DNA of 64,000 bases from Trichosphaerium sp. ATCC 40318. Lineage: Eukaryota; Protista; Tubulinea. The stretch spans positions 1-64,000 of the forward strand of contig JALMLS010000311.1 in the NCBI GenBank assembly GCA_038496445.1, written 5' to 3'. This document shows, piece after piece, positions 36,960-48,367 of the stretch. Each line of letters opens with the position of its first letter. Within the stretch, counting starts at the first letter, position 1. Made by a program: the position numbers and the translations under genes. Below the pieces are notes generated by a model. It was not told the origin of the DNA. It saw only the letters and a program-made list of their open reading frames with translations, and did not search any database.

Positions 36960-38605
36960 ATGGAGTACCGCGCACGTCATGGTGCTAAGCGCCCTCCTGC
37001 AATGTGCCAATATTTGAAGATATTGATCCTCTTCGGTGTTATTTCGTACTCAATTATATGGTTATTACTACAACCACGTGCGCATGTTAAACCCAGCGCT
37101 GTTGTAGCGCCTTTAATCAAATCTAGGTCAAAAACAAGAAATACAACACGAGGTAGCTAACCATGACTATGCCGTCGAAAGAGAACCCAAAGCGTTAAGA
37201 CGTAAGCTGTGATACATAACCAAGTGATGAACGACTTTTACAAACTTATTAGCGAGAAAGAAACAAGGGTGGATACTTGGCGACGCAAAGTGGCTGGAAT
37301 GTATTAATGATGAGACACTACAAACCAACAGACTCATAAACCGTATTGACGAGAAGCCTACTGTTATTTTACTCTGGGACATATTTGCAAGTGTATGTAC
37401 TATGTGAAAAAGAAGCATGCGTTCATTATTAGTAGAGTGGAAGACGTCAAATCAAGGACTCTTATCCAATAGCCTTTAACGTATATATGCCAAATGTAAG
37501 CTTGCTTCTAAACTTTATGTGTTAGGATCCTGTTCCGGAATGTGATGTGGACTGCGTTGTATTGGCGAATATCACTGCTTCTCCTTCATGTGCTAGTATG
37601 GTTGATGCGATTGTTTTTACTGAAATGCCGAGAACATATTCATTGGAGTATTTCCAAAGCCCATATCGTGTCGCTTATAACTATTACTTGAATCCGACGT
37701 TTTATGAAATACCAATAGATATCCACATGTCAAGGCGCCCTTCAGCTGATGTACCGATGCTCCACATCCCGAAATGCCCTCTTTCAAATATGGTACTAAA
37801 ATACCACGTGATATCTCCCGCTCTTTGTTTTACATACCTCAGGTTGCAAAAGAGTTTGATCGTAATATTATACTACTGTGGATTTCTGATTGTTCCGCTT
37901 TACCAAGTATTGCTCAAGATCTTATTCAGTTATTGCTGAAGGTGCGTGTGATAGGTTTACTTAAGTTGTATTAACAGCAATAAAAAATACAGAACGGCTA
38001 TGAAATACATGGAGAAACATGTGGCATGCAGGTACACAATAACACATTCATCAGGCTATTTGACAAATACTCAGGGAATAGAACAGATCTCGTTTGAAGG
38101 TGCCAGACAGAGTAGTAGTATTAATGTTGCTTATTCACCTTTTTGTACATAGACTTTAGACAAACAATTGGAAAGTATACCTTTGCAATAATCATAGACG
38201 CTATGGCTTCATCTCAACATTTCAGTAAAGAAGTCATGGAATCAGTTTGCTCTAACACCATCACAGGTACTAATATTTCGTATAATACAAACTTACTCTT
38301 ATTTTGTAGTATACTATGGATCACGTGTTTTAGACAAGCTGTTCACGTGGGGTCCAGAAATTATAAGACTTGAGCACCAGTGAGTTATACTTCATGAGTG
38401 GCTTCGCTTACAAAGTCTTACTAGATCTTCACTGCCAGGAATTATGCGCTTGTTAGACGGTATTAGACAAGGAGATGCTATCAATTACTATCAAGATCAA
38501 GAAGCAGAAGGTGAGATATTGGGACATCCTTATGAAGACTACTCAGAAGAAACAGCAGCATGTAGACTATGTAAGGCCTTATCAAATGTAGAGAATAGTG
38601 TATGA
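36960..38605 (+). CDS. Type II membrane glycosyltransferase, GT10 (alpha-1,3-fucosyltransferase)-like, degenerate motif
   Basis: Short N-tail plus TM (ILILFGVISYSIIWLLL); LLWISDC; KYTFAIIIDAMASSQHFSKE resembling YKFYLAFENS..DYVTEK; terminal CRLC; TGA stop. Confidence 0.55.
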
Positions 38606-38732
38606 ACGAATCCAACAATCTTAAATTGGTGTCTTTTTTAACCAACTTATTTGTTTCAGTGATTGACATCTCAAGTTATCAGTTATAAGTTGGGCTAACC
38701 ATCCCATTTCATGTTTTATTGATTGGGTTAGC

Positions 38733-40304
38733 ATGGAAGGACAAGTTTGGATACGAGACGAATATTTAAAGCGAGATCTTTGGCGTAAAAGGTGGTTAAA
38801 GTTGTCAGACGATCAACTGTTGCTATTTAGCGGTAAGAATAGTAAAACTACGTGTGGCTACACTGTTACGTTAACAGATGGTAAGGTCTTTATTTAATTC
38901 GACTCTAAATACCAATAGACGCCGTAATCGAATCTACAAACATCGCAATGAAGAAAAGACACGGATTTGCGGTACATTTTTGTTAAATAAATACAAACTG
39001 ACATCTATAAAAGGTTTCCACCGTTGGAGGTAGTACAGTGCACTTTTGCGCCTCCAAGCAAACAGAGCGTGATTTATGGGTTGAAAAAATAACGGCAGCT
39101 ATTCCTGCGAGGACCCTTGACAGCATTCCTACTGAGCTTTGGATTTACATCATTCAATATTCTAACTTGAGCACAGTTCTATCTCTACGAGTAGTAAGTA
39201 GGACGATGTTTGCTTCTACCGTCTACAGTCTACGTAAGAAGCTATCGCAGGACGACGCGCTCAAAATGGCGCGAAGCATGACTCTCAGCGGCGCGAAGGT
39301 AAGATTGCAGTCTCGAGAGCGGATATTGAATAACGTTGTAGGCTGCTGATGCACTGAGGCGGTCTACTACGCCTTCTTATAACCGCCAAGCACGTTGGTT
39401 TTGGGATGTAACGAACCAAGCTTTGATACTTCTTGAGCACCTTGACAGTAGAATAAAATTGACAACTAGTGGCTTTAACTGTTGTAACGGCATGGCACAC
39501 GTAAACATACTGCGAGGTACGGGCTGTGGTATGATTATGATTTACGATGGCGTTATCTCTCCAACAACGCGATGCATGGCTAGGTACTATGGTGCTATAT
39601 GCGCTAGGAACATTGCAACCTTTTGGGAGATTTTCGGCGAGCAGCTGACTAAGGAAGACAATGAAGGTGAAGAAGAAAGAGTTGTTGGCCAAAGTGACTT
39701 GGACTTTTGTTTGGAGATGAGATTAATCAACTCAACAAAAGCATTCTTCCTTATCATTTGGTCAGCCCTTTTTAGAGGTATACCTGAATTTGAGCGATCG
39801 TGCTTAAGCCAAATGACAGCATCAGGGCTACAGCTGGTGGCGGCAATCTTGGAGTACAAAAAAAATCCAAAAAGTACAATTAATGATGTTAATTTCAATG
39901 AATTGTTCCCTTCTATGACGCTCACTGAGACAATGCCTGAATGGACAAGGACACCTGATAAATTTAGAAAATACTTAAAAAATATAAAATGGGATATTGA
40001 TCACGTGACAATGATTTTAGATGACTTGGAAGCTCACAACAAGCACATGTTAGATTTTTATCAACGTGGTATAATTTATTATAACATGGCATGTATACAA
40101 TGTATGCTGGTTAGGGCGTACAAAGATTCACAAACTAAGAAAGTAGATAGTACTGATGTATGGCTTAAAACAGCAATGGATTACTTAAAGGAAGCGAGTT
40201 CTTATGATGATTGTCCTGGATTATCTTACTTTCTACAAGACGCTGATCTCAGAGAACTTAGAGAATCAGTAGACGCACACGAGTTTGTAAATATCTTTGT
40301 CTAA
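38733..40304 (+). CDS. PH domain + F-box protein with C-terminal TPR-like helical cap
   Basis: MEGQVW...WRKRWLKL...HFCASKQTERDLWVEKI (PH); LDSIPTELWIYIIQYSNLSTVLSLRVVSR (F-box); YYNMAC...DADLRELR. Confidence 0.78.
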
Positions 40305-40445
40305 ACAACCAGCATCTAATTGGTCTACAATTAATAAATAATTTTCTTTTAAAAAGTACTTGAATTGAAACATCTCCCAAAAAAATTTCTGCAGTTTTGT
40401 GCTAACATTTTTTGTGATAATAGTAGTACTTTTTTTATTTAACAA

Positions 40446-41977
40446 CTAGTTTACATTTGCCAATTTCACTTGTTCAGGGTTCATTGTACGTCGATTTGTG
40501 TTTTCAAATGAGCATGTAGCGTTTACATCAGTAAACAGAAGAGCATCATCTAACTGAGTACTCACTTGCACGTGAGGAGCTTGGTTAGATATATATTTGA
40601 TAAGAGACTGTGTAGTACCATCCCACCAGTACGGGATGATAACAAGCGTTATACCTGTAAAAAAAACCTCAGCTTTAAACAAAAGAAAAGTGAAAAAACT
40701 GATCGACAATCTCGACATTTTTCTCACCTGCAACGTGACATTGGACTCTTTTTTCGACATCATAAGCTTCTCTAGTTACACTTGATAAACCCTCTCCAAA
40801 TACCTTATCATCATAATGTTGCTCACCTAAATGTATAAGAAAAGCAATTAAACAAATGCAACTGGTAAGGCATACCTTGATATTCAAAAGCAAGTGTTAA
40901 ATCAGGTACAAATACATCAACGGTCAAACTTCTTCCTGACGCTGCTCGCGTCCCTACAGCATGCTCATCTATGACATGACACTCAGGGAACACTCTAGAA
41001 ATACATGATGACATCCACCTACAAAACAAAGAGGTAGCGTAAGACTACAGGAAGCCCAAGTCTGCTTACCTTTGTCGTGATTTTTTGGACAAGGTAATAA
41101 ACTTATGCCACTCCCAACGGTACTGCGGATCCAACACTGATAAAACTTGAGGATAATATCTTAACAATCCTCCACCACCTATCTGACACACCTGCGCTTT
41201 TGATACTGTATACCTAAATGGAGAATATTAACAACAAGTTCTCGTCAAAATTCAAACCATACCAAGAGCTTAGTGTCTTTATACCGAGTGTGTCCATAGC
41301 TTTGTGAAGGAAATCTTTGACATTCTTTGAGTCCTGCCAGTATCTATAAGGGTTTCTATCACCCTTTTCCTTAAACGACCAAGCATGACATGGGAAATTA
41401 GCGCACAAGGCACTTTGTAAAGATCCGTTGAATCTTTATGTAAAATGAGAAAGCTTTCGCTATTTCCATAACTATGTACCTGCTGATAAGCCCATGGCCA
41501 CGTTGCTTTATGACGCTGGCAACTGAAATGTTATACCATCCATCAAGCTCTTTTACGTTTAGTGTTTCGCTTATCGTGTCGAGAAGCTTTCCTTGGTTAT
41601 GTTTGTACCCCCAGTAGCGTTGGGGCACTTTTCTACATGAAATGTTAGTAACGCACGCCAAATAACACTATTCGTACCTAAATCGCTCTGGTTGCCAGTT
41701 GTGCCACGGATAAATGCACTCAAGAGCTTTATAAACAGAATTGTCGTATCTATCGCGCGTTAACGCTACAAATAACATGAACGCGTATTTTATAGCGTAT
41801 TAAACCAGTTTTGTGGTTAACACACCTCAGCATGACACCTCTACCATTATTTTGGTTTATATCCCTGTGCGTAACACTATACCACCCATTTAAATCTTTA
41901 ACGCCAAGCTTTGCGCCAATAACCTCAAACCTTTGGCGCTGATGGGCAACATTGCACCAATAGCCACGCCAAATCAT
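40446..41977 (-). CDS. Trp-rich repeat protein (3 repeats) with C-terminal RAP/Vsr-like PD-(D/E)XK domain; paralogue 2
   Basis: Repeats such as KVPQRYWGYKHNQGKLLDTISETLNVKELDGWYNISVASVIKQRGHGLISR; C-terminal VDVFVPDLTLAFEYQGEQHY...DVEKRVQC...GITLVIIPYWWD. Start codon uncertain. Confidence 0.82.
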
Positions 41978-42251
41978 TGACAACGTTCACTCCATCGCTA
42001 AATTGAGATTTGTGGTATTTGACTTAATGTTTGGTCGTGACACGTGCACTTGGTCTCGCATAGACATACGACAAGATTTACTGCAGGGATGATAAAACAA
42101 CATACCCATCTATCACAGTTTTTTAGAACGACTTTGGTGGGCAATAAGTATTCGTTGGTTTGTATCCAAAGTTAAACAACACAGCTGTAAATTGTTGACG
42201 TTTTTTGACTACTGTTTTTGGAAGGAACTCGTAAGTTCCTGCAGGAACTAA

Positions 42252-43039
42252 ATGATGGGTGCGTTTTTTGTAATTGCGGTAGTTACAATTGTTTACGCGA
42301 GTTTAGAACCTAGTAATTCTAGTTCTCGCACTTCTACTGCGCCTCACTCCGAAGGCTATCTTAGTAGTAACGATAGCTTCTTTTCGCCAGATTCGGAACC
42401 CGAGCAGTTGATAGACCTTGGAGGACCTTATATTGCCGCTTGGATAAACGACCAATACCCAGCAGAAGAGAATAAATGGTCTACAGCATTTCTGCGTCAT
42501 ATTAGCTTGAACCTTGACGGAGCTTCTCTATACAACATGGTTACGTTGTATTACGCCAATGGACGAGCATACCCAACTTCTTTGGAGAACATTTTGGGAC
42601 CTTTCAAGTTGGAAGGGTTTTTTGCAATGTGTAAAGAGCGTTTTGATAAGGAAGCCCTTCAACGACAAATTAATGCCAAGAGAGCAGAAGCTGCCATTAA
42701 TCAAGCCAGAGACGAAGAAGAAGCTGCGAGAAGGCAAGCAGAAGCCGCCAGAAGACAAGCAGAATATGACAGAGAGATTGAGGAAATGCAAAAAGCACTG
42801 GATGCAATGAACGACAAGAAAAACTCAGATATGGTACAAAAGAGACTATCAAAGCATACACTTAAACACAACCCAAGGAAGAGTAGGGGATCATTAGCAT
42901 ATAATAACAAGGTACGTTAATCTTGATCGTTACAATAAATGTGTCTGACATTTAATAGCTATTCAAAATACCAAAACCATCAGCCACTGGACCTACAGTT
43001 AAAAAAAGACGTAAAAAACACAGGCGAAAACCAAGTTGA
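42252..43039 (+). CDS. Hypothetical protein with N-terminal signal/TM segment, coiled coil and basic tail
   Basis: 222-aa ORF with hydrophobic start and EEEAARRQAEAARRQAE heptads; one GTACG...TAG intron gives a basic C-terminus ending in TGA. Confidence 0.65.
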
Positions 43040-43317
43040 TTTTGTGCAACTTTGTGGATCAATCAAATGTAAATTTAACTGTATTGTATTTTAAAACTGT
43101 AATTATAAAAACTAGTCAGCTGGTAAATATTCTTATTTGGGATGCAATGCGCAGTTTTAATTGCGTGAAAACAAGCTGGGTTTTATCTCTTAATGTTGGT
43201 CTAACACGACATCTTTATCACGTTTTTAGCCGGCAAATAAATGTTGCCGCAACTTTGAATGCAATACTATATTTCTTGGCATCTCACGTGTGGTCCATAA
43301 AAATACAAGTATCTTAT

Positions 43318-45908
43318 TTAGTCCCAACGCCTTGCTTTATTCATGTGATTCATTAAACCAGACAATTGAGATGCACATTCTCCTTCTGATGTAATTGCAG
43401 CATCCAAAGAACGTGTTAAACGAGTGAACGTATCATAAGCCTGGTACAAAGGTATTTTTGCAGTATCTGTTTGTGATAACGCTTCTAACTGCTTTTCAAC
43501 AGCTTTAACCTTTTTAAGGAGTGTATGAGAGCTTGCTCTTGTAACAGCGAATATCGAATAGTTGTAAAGAGAGTACTCAGGGTACGATAGGTTGATTGCT
43601 GCTTGGCACCAAGCTTGAGAGTACATTTGGTATTCTATGCCTTCTTCTGCAAATGACTCACGTAAGTCCCTAAATATAAAAGTTAGATACCTTTTCTTAG
43701 CTATGGTGTAAGGTTGTGCGAGATTGTACCTGTCTGATGTAATGACCATCGTTGCTGAAAGGTTTTCTGGTGATAGTGTATGTACCCAAGCTTTCATTGC
43801 ATCGTCAGCACACTCAAAACCTGAGGCACTCAGCATTTCTATCGTAGTGCCATTCTCAGTACTTTGTTTAAGGAAAATAAGTCAGCATCTTTGGAAATTG
43901 AAGTGAAAGCGTGAAAGTAGTGGCGTACACTTCAGAGGTAGAGTCAAAGAATCTATCTCCGTACACAACAACACGTTTAACTTGTTTAAGATTTTCAAGC
44001 CATTTCTTTGTCAAGTCGATTACGCACTGGCGCATAATTTGTCGTTGAAGTGAATTTCCTTCATCAGCTAATGATTTATGAGTTAGTTTTAGTTGAGCCA
44101 ATATTTTGTGATGACTTACAATCTTTTTTAGATAGCCACTCTGATACGTATGGCAATGTATGAAAAATGTTATCACAATCGATTAATAGCGTGTTAACAC
44201 AATCTGGAATACTATCTACACTAAAAAAGAATAAGTTTTAAATAAAAGATTGTACAATCTTTTTTACACCAATCAACACGTACTGAAATTGGCTCGCTCT
44301 CCATTTTTGCTCCGGATACAATGTGAGCATAGCTTCTGATAATGAACCATAACTATTTGAGGGCGTTAATGTACGAAACTGAAAAGACAAAGCTCTATTT
44401 CTGTGAAACAAATAGACAGAAAAAAATAAGAAATGGTTGCAAAAGAAAAGATGTGTACATGTCTAATAGTGGTGCACCACCTAATCTTCTTATCTCCTCA
44501 GATGTTACACGATACCAAGCTTCAGCAGTGTGTAAATGTAAATGTTTTTTTACACGTGTAAGAAAATATCTTTGGTGTTTTGTCTTTTGCCACCACTCAG
44601 CGGTAGGTGCATCTCTAACAGAAGAACATAAATAACAAGACATCAACAATTTAAATCACGCTTACATAAACTCCCATAGTAGCCAATGATACTCTGGGAA
44701 AGCATTGACAAGTCGTTCATGCATACTTCGTATGTCTTTCTCCTCTTGCTGCCTAAAGAATATTGGTTAACACTTCAGTAGTTGGGTATTTTACACTGCA
44801 CGTCACGTACTCTACAGCCAAATCAAAATGTTTAGTTAGAACTGTATACCAATCACTCATTGCCATTACTTCCAAAACTTCTGCTGTATCTTGAATACGC
44901 TGTAAAACCGAGAGGTGTAAGCGAACAAAGCTCAAATCAAGTTGGGTTTTTGTGTTTTTATAAATAACAAAATGACTTGTTCTTGTCTTTTCATTCTTTT
45001 GTACCGTGTCAGTTTGTGGGCGTTGCTTGTTCTTCTTTTTTATACGCTTTGACACTGTTCCAAAAATTTCTTTACGTCTTTCCTCATTTACATCTCTAGA
45101 TACATTCCTATATAATTGTCGTTCAATGGCAGCGCTTGTTTTCTCACTAATTCTTCTATCAGGACGCTATTTAAAAAATGTTAATCATATATATCCTTAT
45201 TGCAACAGTAACACTTTGTTACCAATGTACCTCTCCTACGTCTATCCTTTCACTTCCAAATCTACTTTCGAAGCTACGCTCTTTATATGGCTCAGTATTT
45301 TCTTCTACTTTCTCCTCTACTATATCACTAGCTACTTCCTCTTTGTGATGATGTGGGTCATAAGATCTGGACCTATTCGGACGGCGATCTTCCCGTCTAC
45401 CTCTCCTATCACCTCTTCTGTCGTCATTCCTCTCATTGTACCCTGCACGTTTGTCTCTACCATCTCTTCGTCTCTCAGAACGTTTCTTGGATGGCCTGCC
45501 ATCATTGTCATACGCTGAGCTACCTCTACGTTTAGGCGCAGGTACATCAGCTTCAAGTTCAGAGAAATTAGCTCGTGGTACACCGCTATGGGCACTTTCA
45601 GCTCTTTCTTTTCGTTCCATATGCTTTTTTTTCTTTTCCATACTGTATAGGGAGTTAATAGGCCAATTGATTTCATGTCAAATGTTTGATTTTCTCGTTT
45701 CTCACCTGGACGAATTCTCAGTGGATACGAGGTCTACTAGGTCCAGAGCATAGCATCGTACGCCTAAAAAAGGAGAACAATTATTAAAAGTACATAATAT
45801 CCATCATTTACGCGTGATATGGCCACCAAGACACGCACCTTTGCGCCTAGACACCTTTCTAGTAGATTGTACACGAGATTGCACAATACAGCGTGCTGAT
45901 TGCCACAT
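43318..45908 (-). CDS. Trp-rich repeat protein with mitochondrial-type presequence and C-terminal YacP/Rae1-type NYN (PIN-fold) nuclease domain; paralogue 3
   Basis: MWQSARCIVQSRVQSTRKVSRRKGVRCY presequence; R/D/G-rich region; two repeats (WYTV..AFPEYHWLLWEF and WWQK..WYRVTSEEIRRLGG..YGSLSEAMLTLYPEQKW); after splicing LLIDCDNI...VVVYGD...ADDAM...VITSDRDL. Confidence 0.78.
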
Positions 45909-46023
45909 AGTACGCAATGAAGTGATTTGTACTACTTTTCTCAACAATAGCCAGAACTGAACTCCTGATGGAACTTGTACGACCAAAAGCCCAAAAAAAA
46001 AAAAATTGTTATTTTGCTCACAA

Positions 46024-48288
46024 ATGACAGACAAACTGGGTAGGGAAATTGCTTGTTACCAATTATCGTCTTACGCTATTTAGATGATGTTCCTGTCGTT
46101 GTAGACGTTTTAAAGCGTGGTTTTGCCACAGGAAAGACGTTACGTGTTTCATGGAGGAAACAACAGTTGTTAAAGCTCAAGAAGATGATTGTTGAAAACA
46201 TGAGCGAGGTACAAACGTACTTTACACAACAATTGTGATTAACGTCATGGCAAGTTAAAACAAGCATTGTCAACTGATTTGAGACATCCAGATTCTCTAT
46301 CAGGCGCTAATATGTACGGCATGATCGGGGAAATTGACACCATCCTCGACAACTTGGATAAATGGGTGAAACCACAGAAGAAATCGACTCCTCTCATGTT
46401 GAAGGTACAACCGTTAATAATTACCAATTTCCTAAAATGCTGGCTAGCCAGCAAGCGCATACGTGCATCCAGAACCTTTGGGTGTTGTACTTGTTATCGC
46501 ACCTTGGAATTATCCAATCTCCTTGTGTTTGAAGCCTGTTTTCGGTACGTCGTTTCGCCGTTTCTTTTAAACGGTTTGACATGTGTCGGTAACCTCAGAG
46601 TTAACAAAGAGTAGGTGCTATAGCAGCTGGTAACGCTGTTCTAGTCAAACCATCAGAAGTAGCACCAAGTTGCGAGAAGCTTTTATACGAGCTACTCAAC
46701 GACCCAAAGTACGTTCTTGTTGTTATCAATAACTTACCATAACTCTAAGATATGTTGATCCAGAGGTTATTCGTGTACTTACTGGAGGTGTTAAAAAAAG
46801 TACAGAAATACTCAAACAGAAGTTTGACTTGATTTTCTTCACTGGAGGAACGAGCGTTGGAAAGATTGTAATGAAGGTACCAAAAAAAAAAAAAAAAATA
46901 ACTAAACAACGCTAACGTCCAATTAAAATAGGCTGCTGCAGAGCATTTGACACCTGTCGTACTTGAACTTGGTGGTAAAGCACCAACTATTGTTCATAGT
47001 GATTGTGACATTAAGGTATCCGCAAGGCGTATCGTATGGTACGTATCAATCAAGCTGTTTATATTTTTTTTTTTGGATTTTTGAACATCTGGAAAGTTCA
47101 TCTAAATTATTGGCTTATTAACGTTCAAAAAGGGGCAAAACACTAGGTTGTGGACAAAATTGTATATCACCAGACTACTTGTTCATACACGAGAGTATCA
47201 AATCAAAGTTCGTTGCTGCATTAAAAAAAGCAGCTGATGAGTTTTTCCCTATTGGCATGTCCAAATCCAAGGTAAGAAATAAACCGGATCATCAACTCCA
47301 GCCACAAAAAGCAAAAAACTCTCTTGAACAAAAAAAGTTCATAAACAAATCTAGCCGATCTACGGATGTGGTTGGACACTGCGCAGAACATCCATATTTA
47401 TCGTTTTTAGGATTACGCACGCATTGTTAGTGATAGGCATATTGATAGACAGATATCTATGCTAGAGGAAATAGATAAGGAAAAAATACTCGGTGGTGGT
47501 AAATATGATAAAGAAGAACGTTTCATGGAGTTTACTCTTATTGATAATCCTCCACCAGATAGCAAAGTAAGTTTTAGTTTTTTTGGTTTTTTTGATTTTT
47601 TTTCCTTTATTTATTTTTTAGATCGCCACTGAAGAGATATTTGGCCCTATTCTTCCTGTATATACATACCGTGATATCGAGGAAGTTATAAAATATGTTA
47701 ACGATAGACCAAAACCGTTAGTATTATACTTATTCTCCAAGTAAGTCAAAAATCATATTAACAAAAAAGAGTGAAAATTCGTACTAAACGTTTCATAGGA
47801 GCAAAGCCTTGAAAGATAAAATACTTCAAAGTACTTCATCAGGTGCAGTCGTATTCAATGATACAATGATGCACTACATAGCATCTGATCTACCATTTGG
47901 TGGTGTAGGAGACTCAGGCATTGGAAAATACCATGGTATGTATTTCTGAAAAAAACGTAAAAATCCCAAATCAGAAACGCTTACTCCACTCAAAAAGGTT
48001 CTACTTCTTTTGAAGTATTCTCTCATTATAAGTCCGTTCTTGACAAGGTACTTCATAACTTATAAATCATGTTTGATACTGAAACTAATATAATTCAAAA
48101 CAAAGGGTCTATGGCCAGATATGAAGCTTCGTTATCCTCCGTACTCTGATAGAACAAACAAAATATTCAATTCTGTACCTCCACGTATTTCAAACAGCGC
48201 CAAAAGCGCTTTGACACTTGGTACCATTGTGGCTGCAGTTGGAGCCGCTGCTTTTATTGCACTCAGAACCGGTCTCATCAAGATGTAA
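46024..48288 (+). CDS. Aldehyde dehydrogenase, ALDH3/fatty-aldehyde type with C-terminal membrane anchor; multi-exon
   Basis: [71 protein letters not shown]; hydrophobic C-terminus. Confidence 0.93.
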
Positions 48289-48367
48289 CCTCGAAAGAGG
48301 TCAAGTACATTTCAACTCAGTATAAATTGTCTCTAAATAAAATCTTTTTTTTAATTTACAATGAAGT

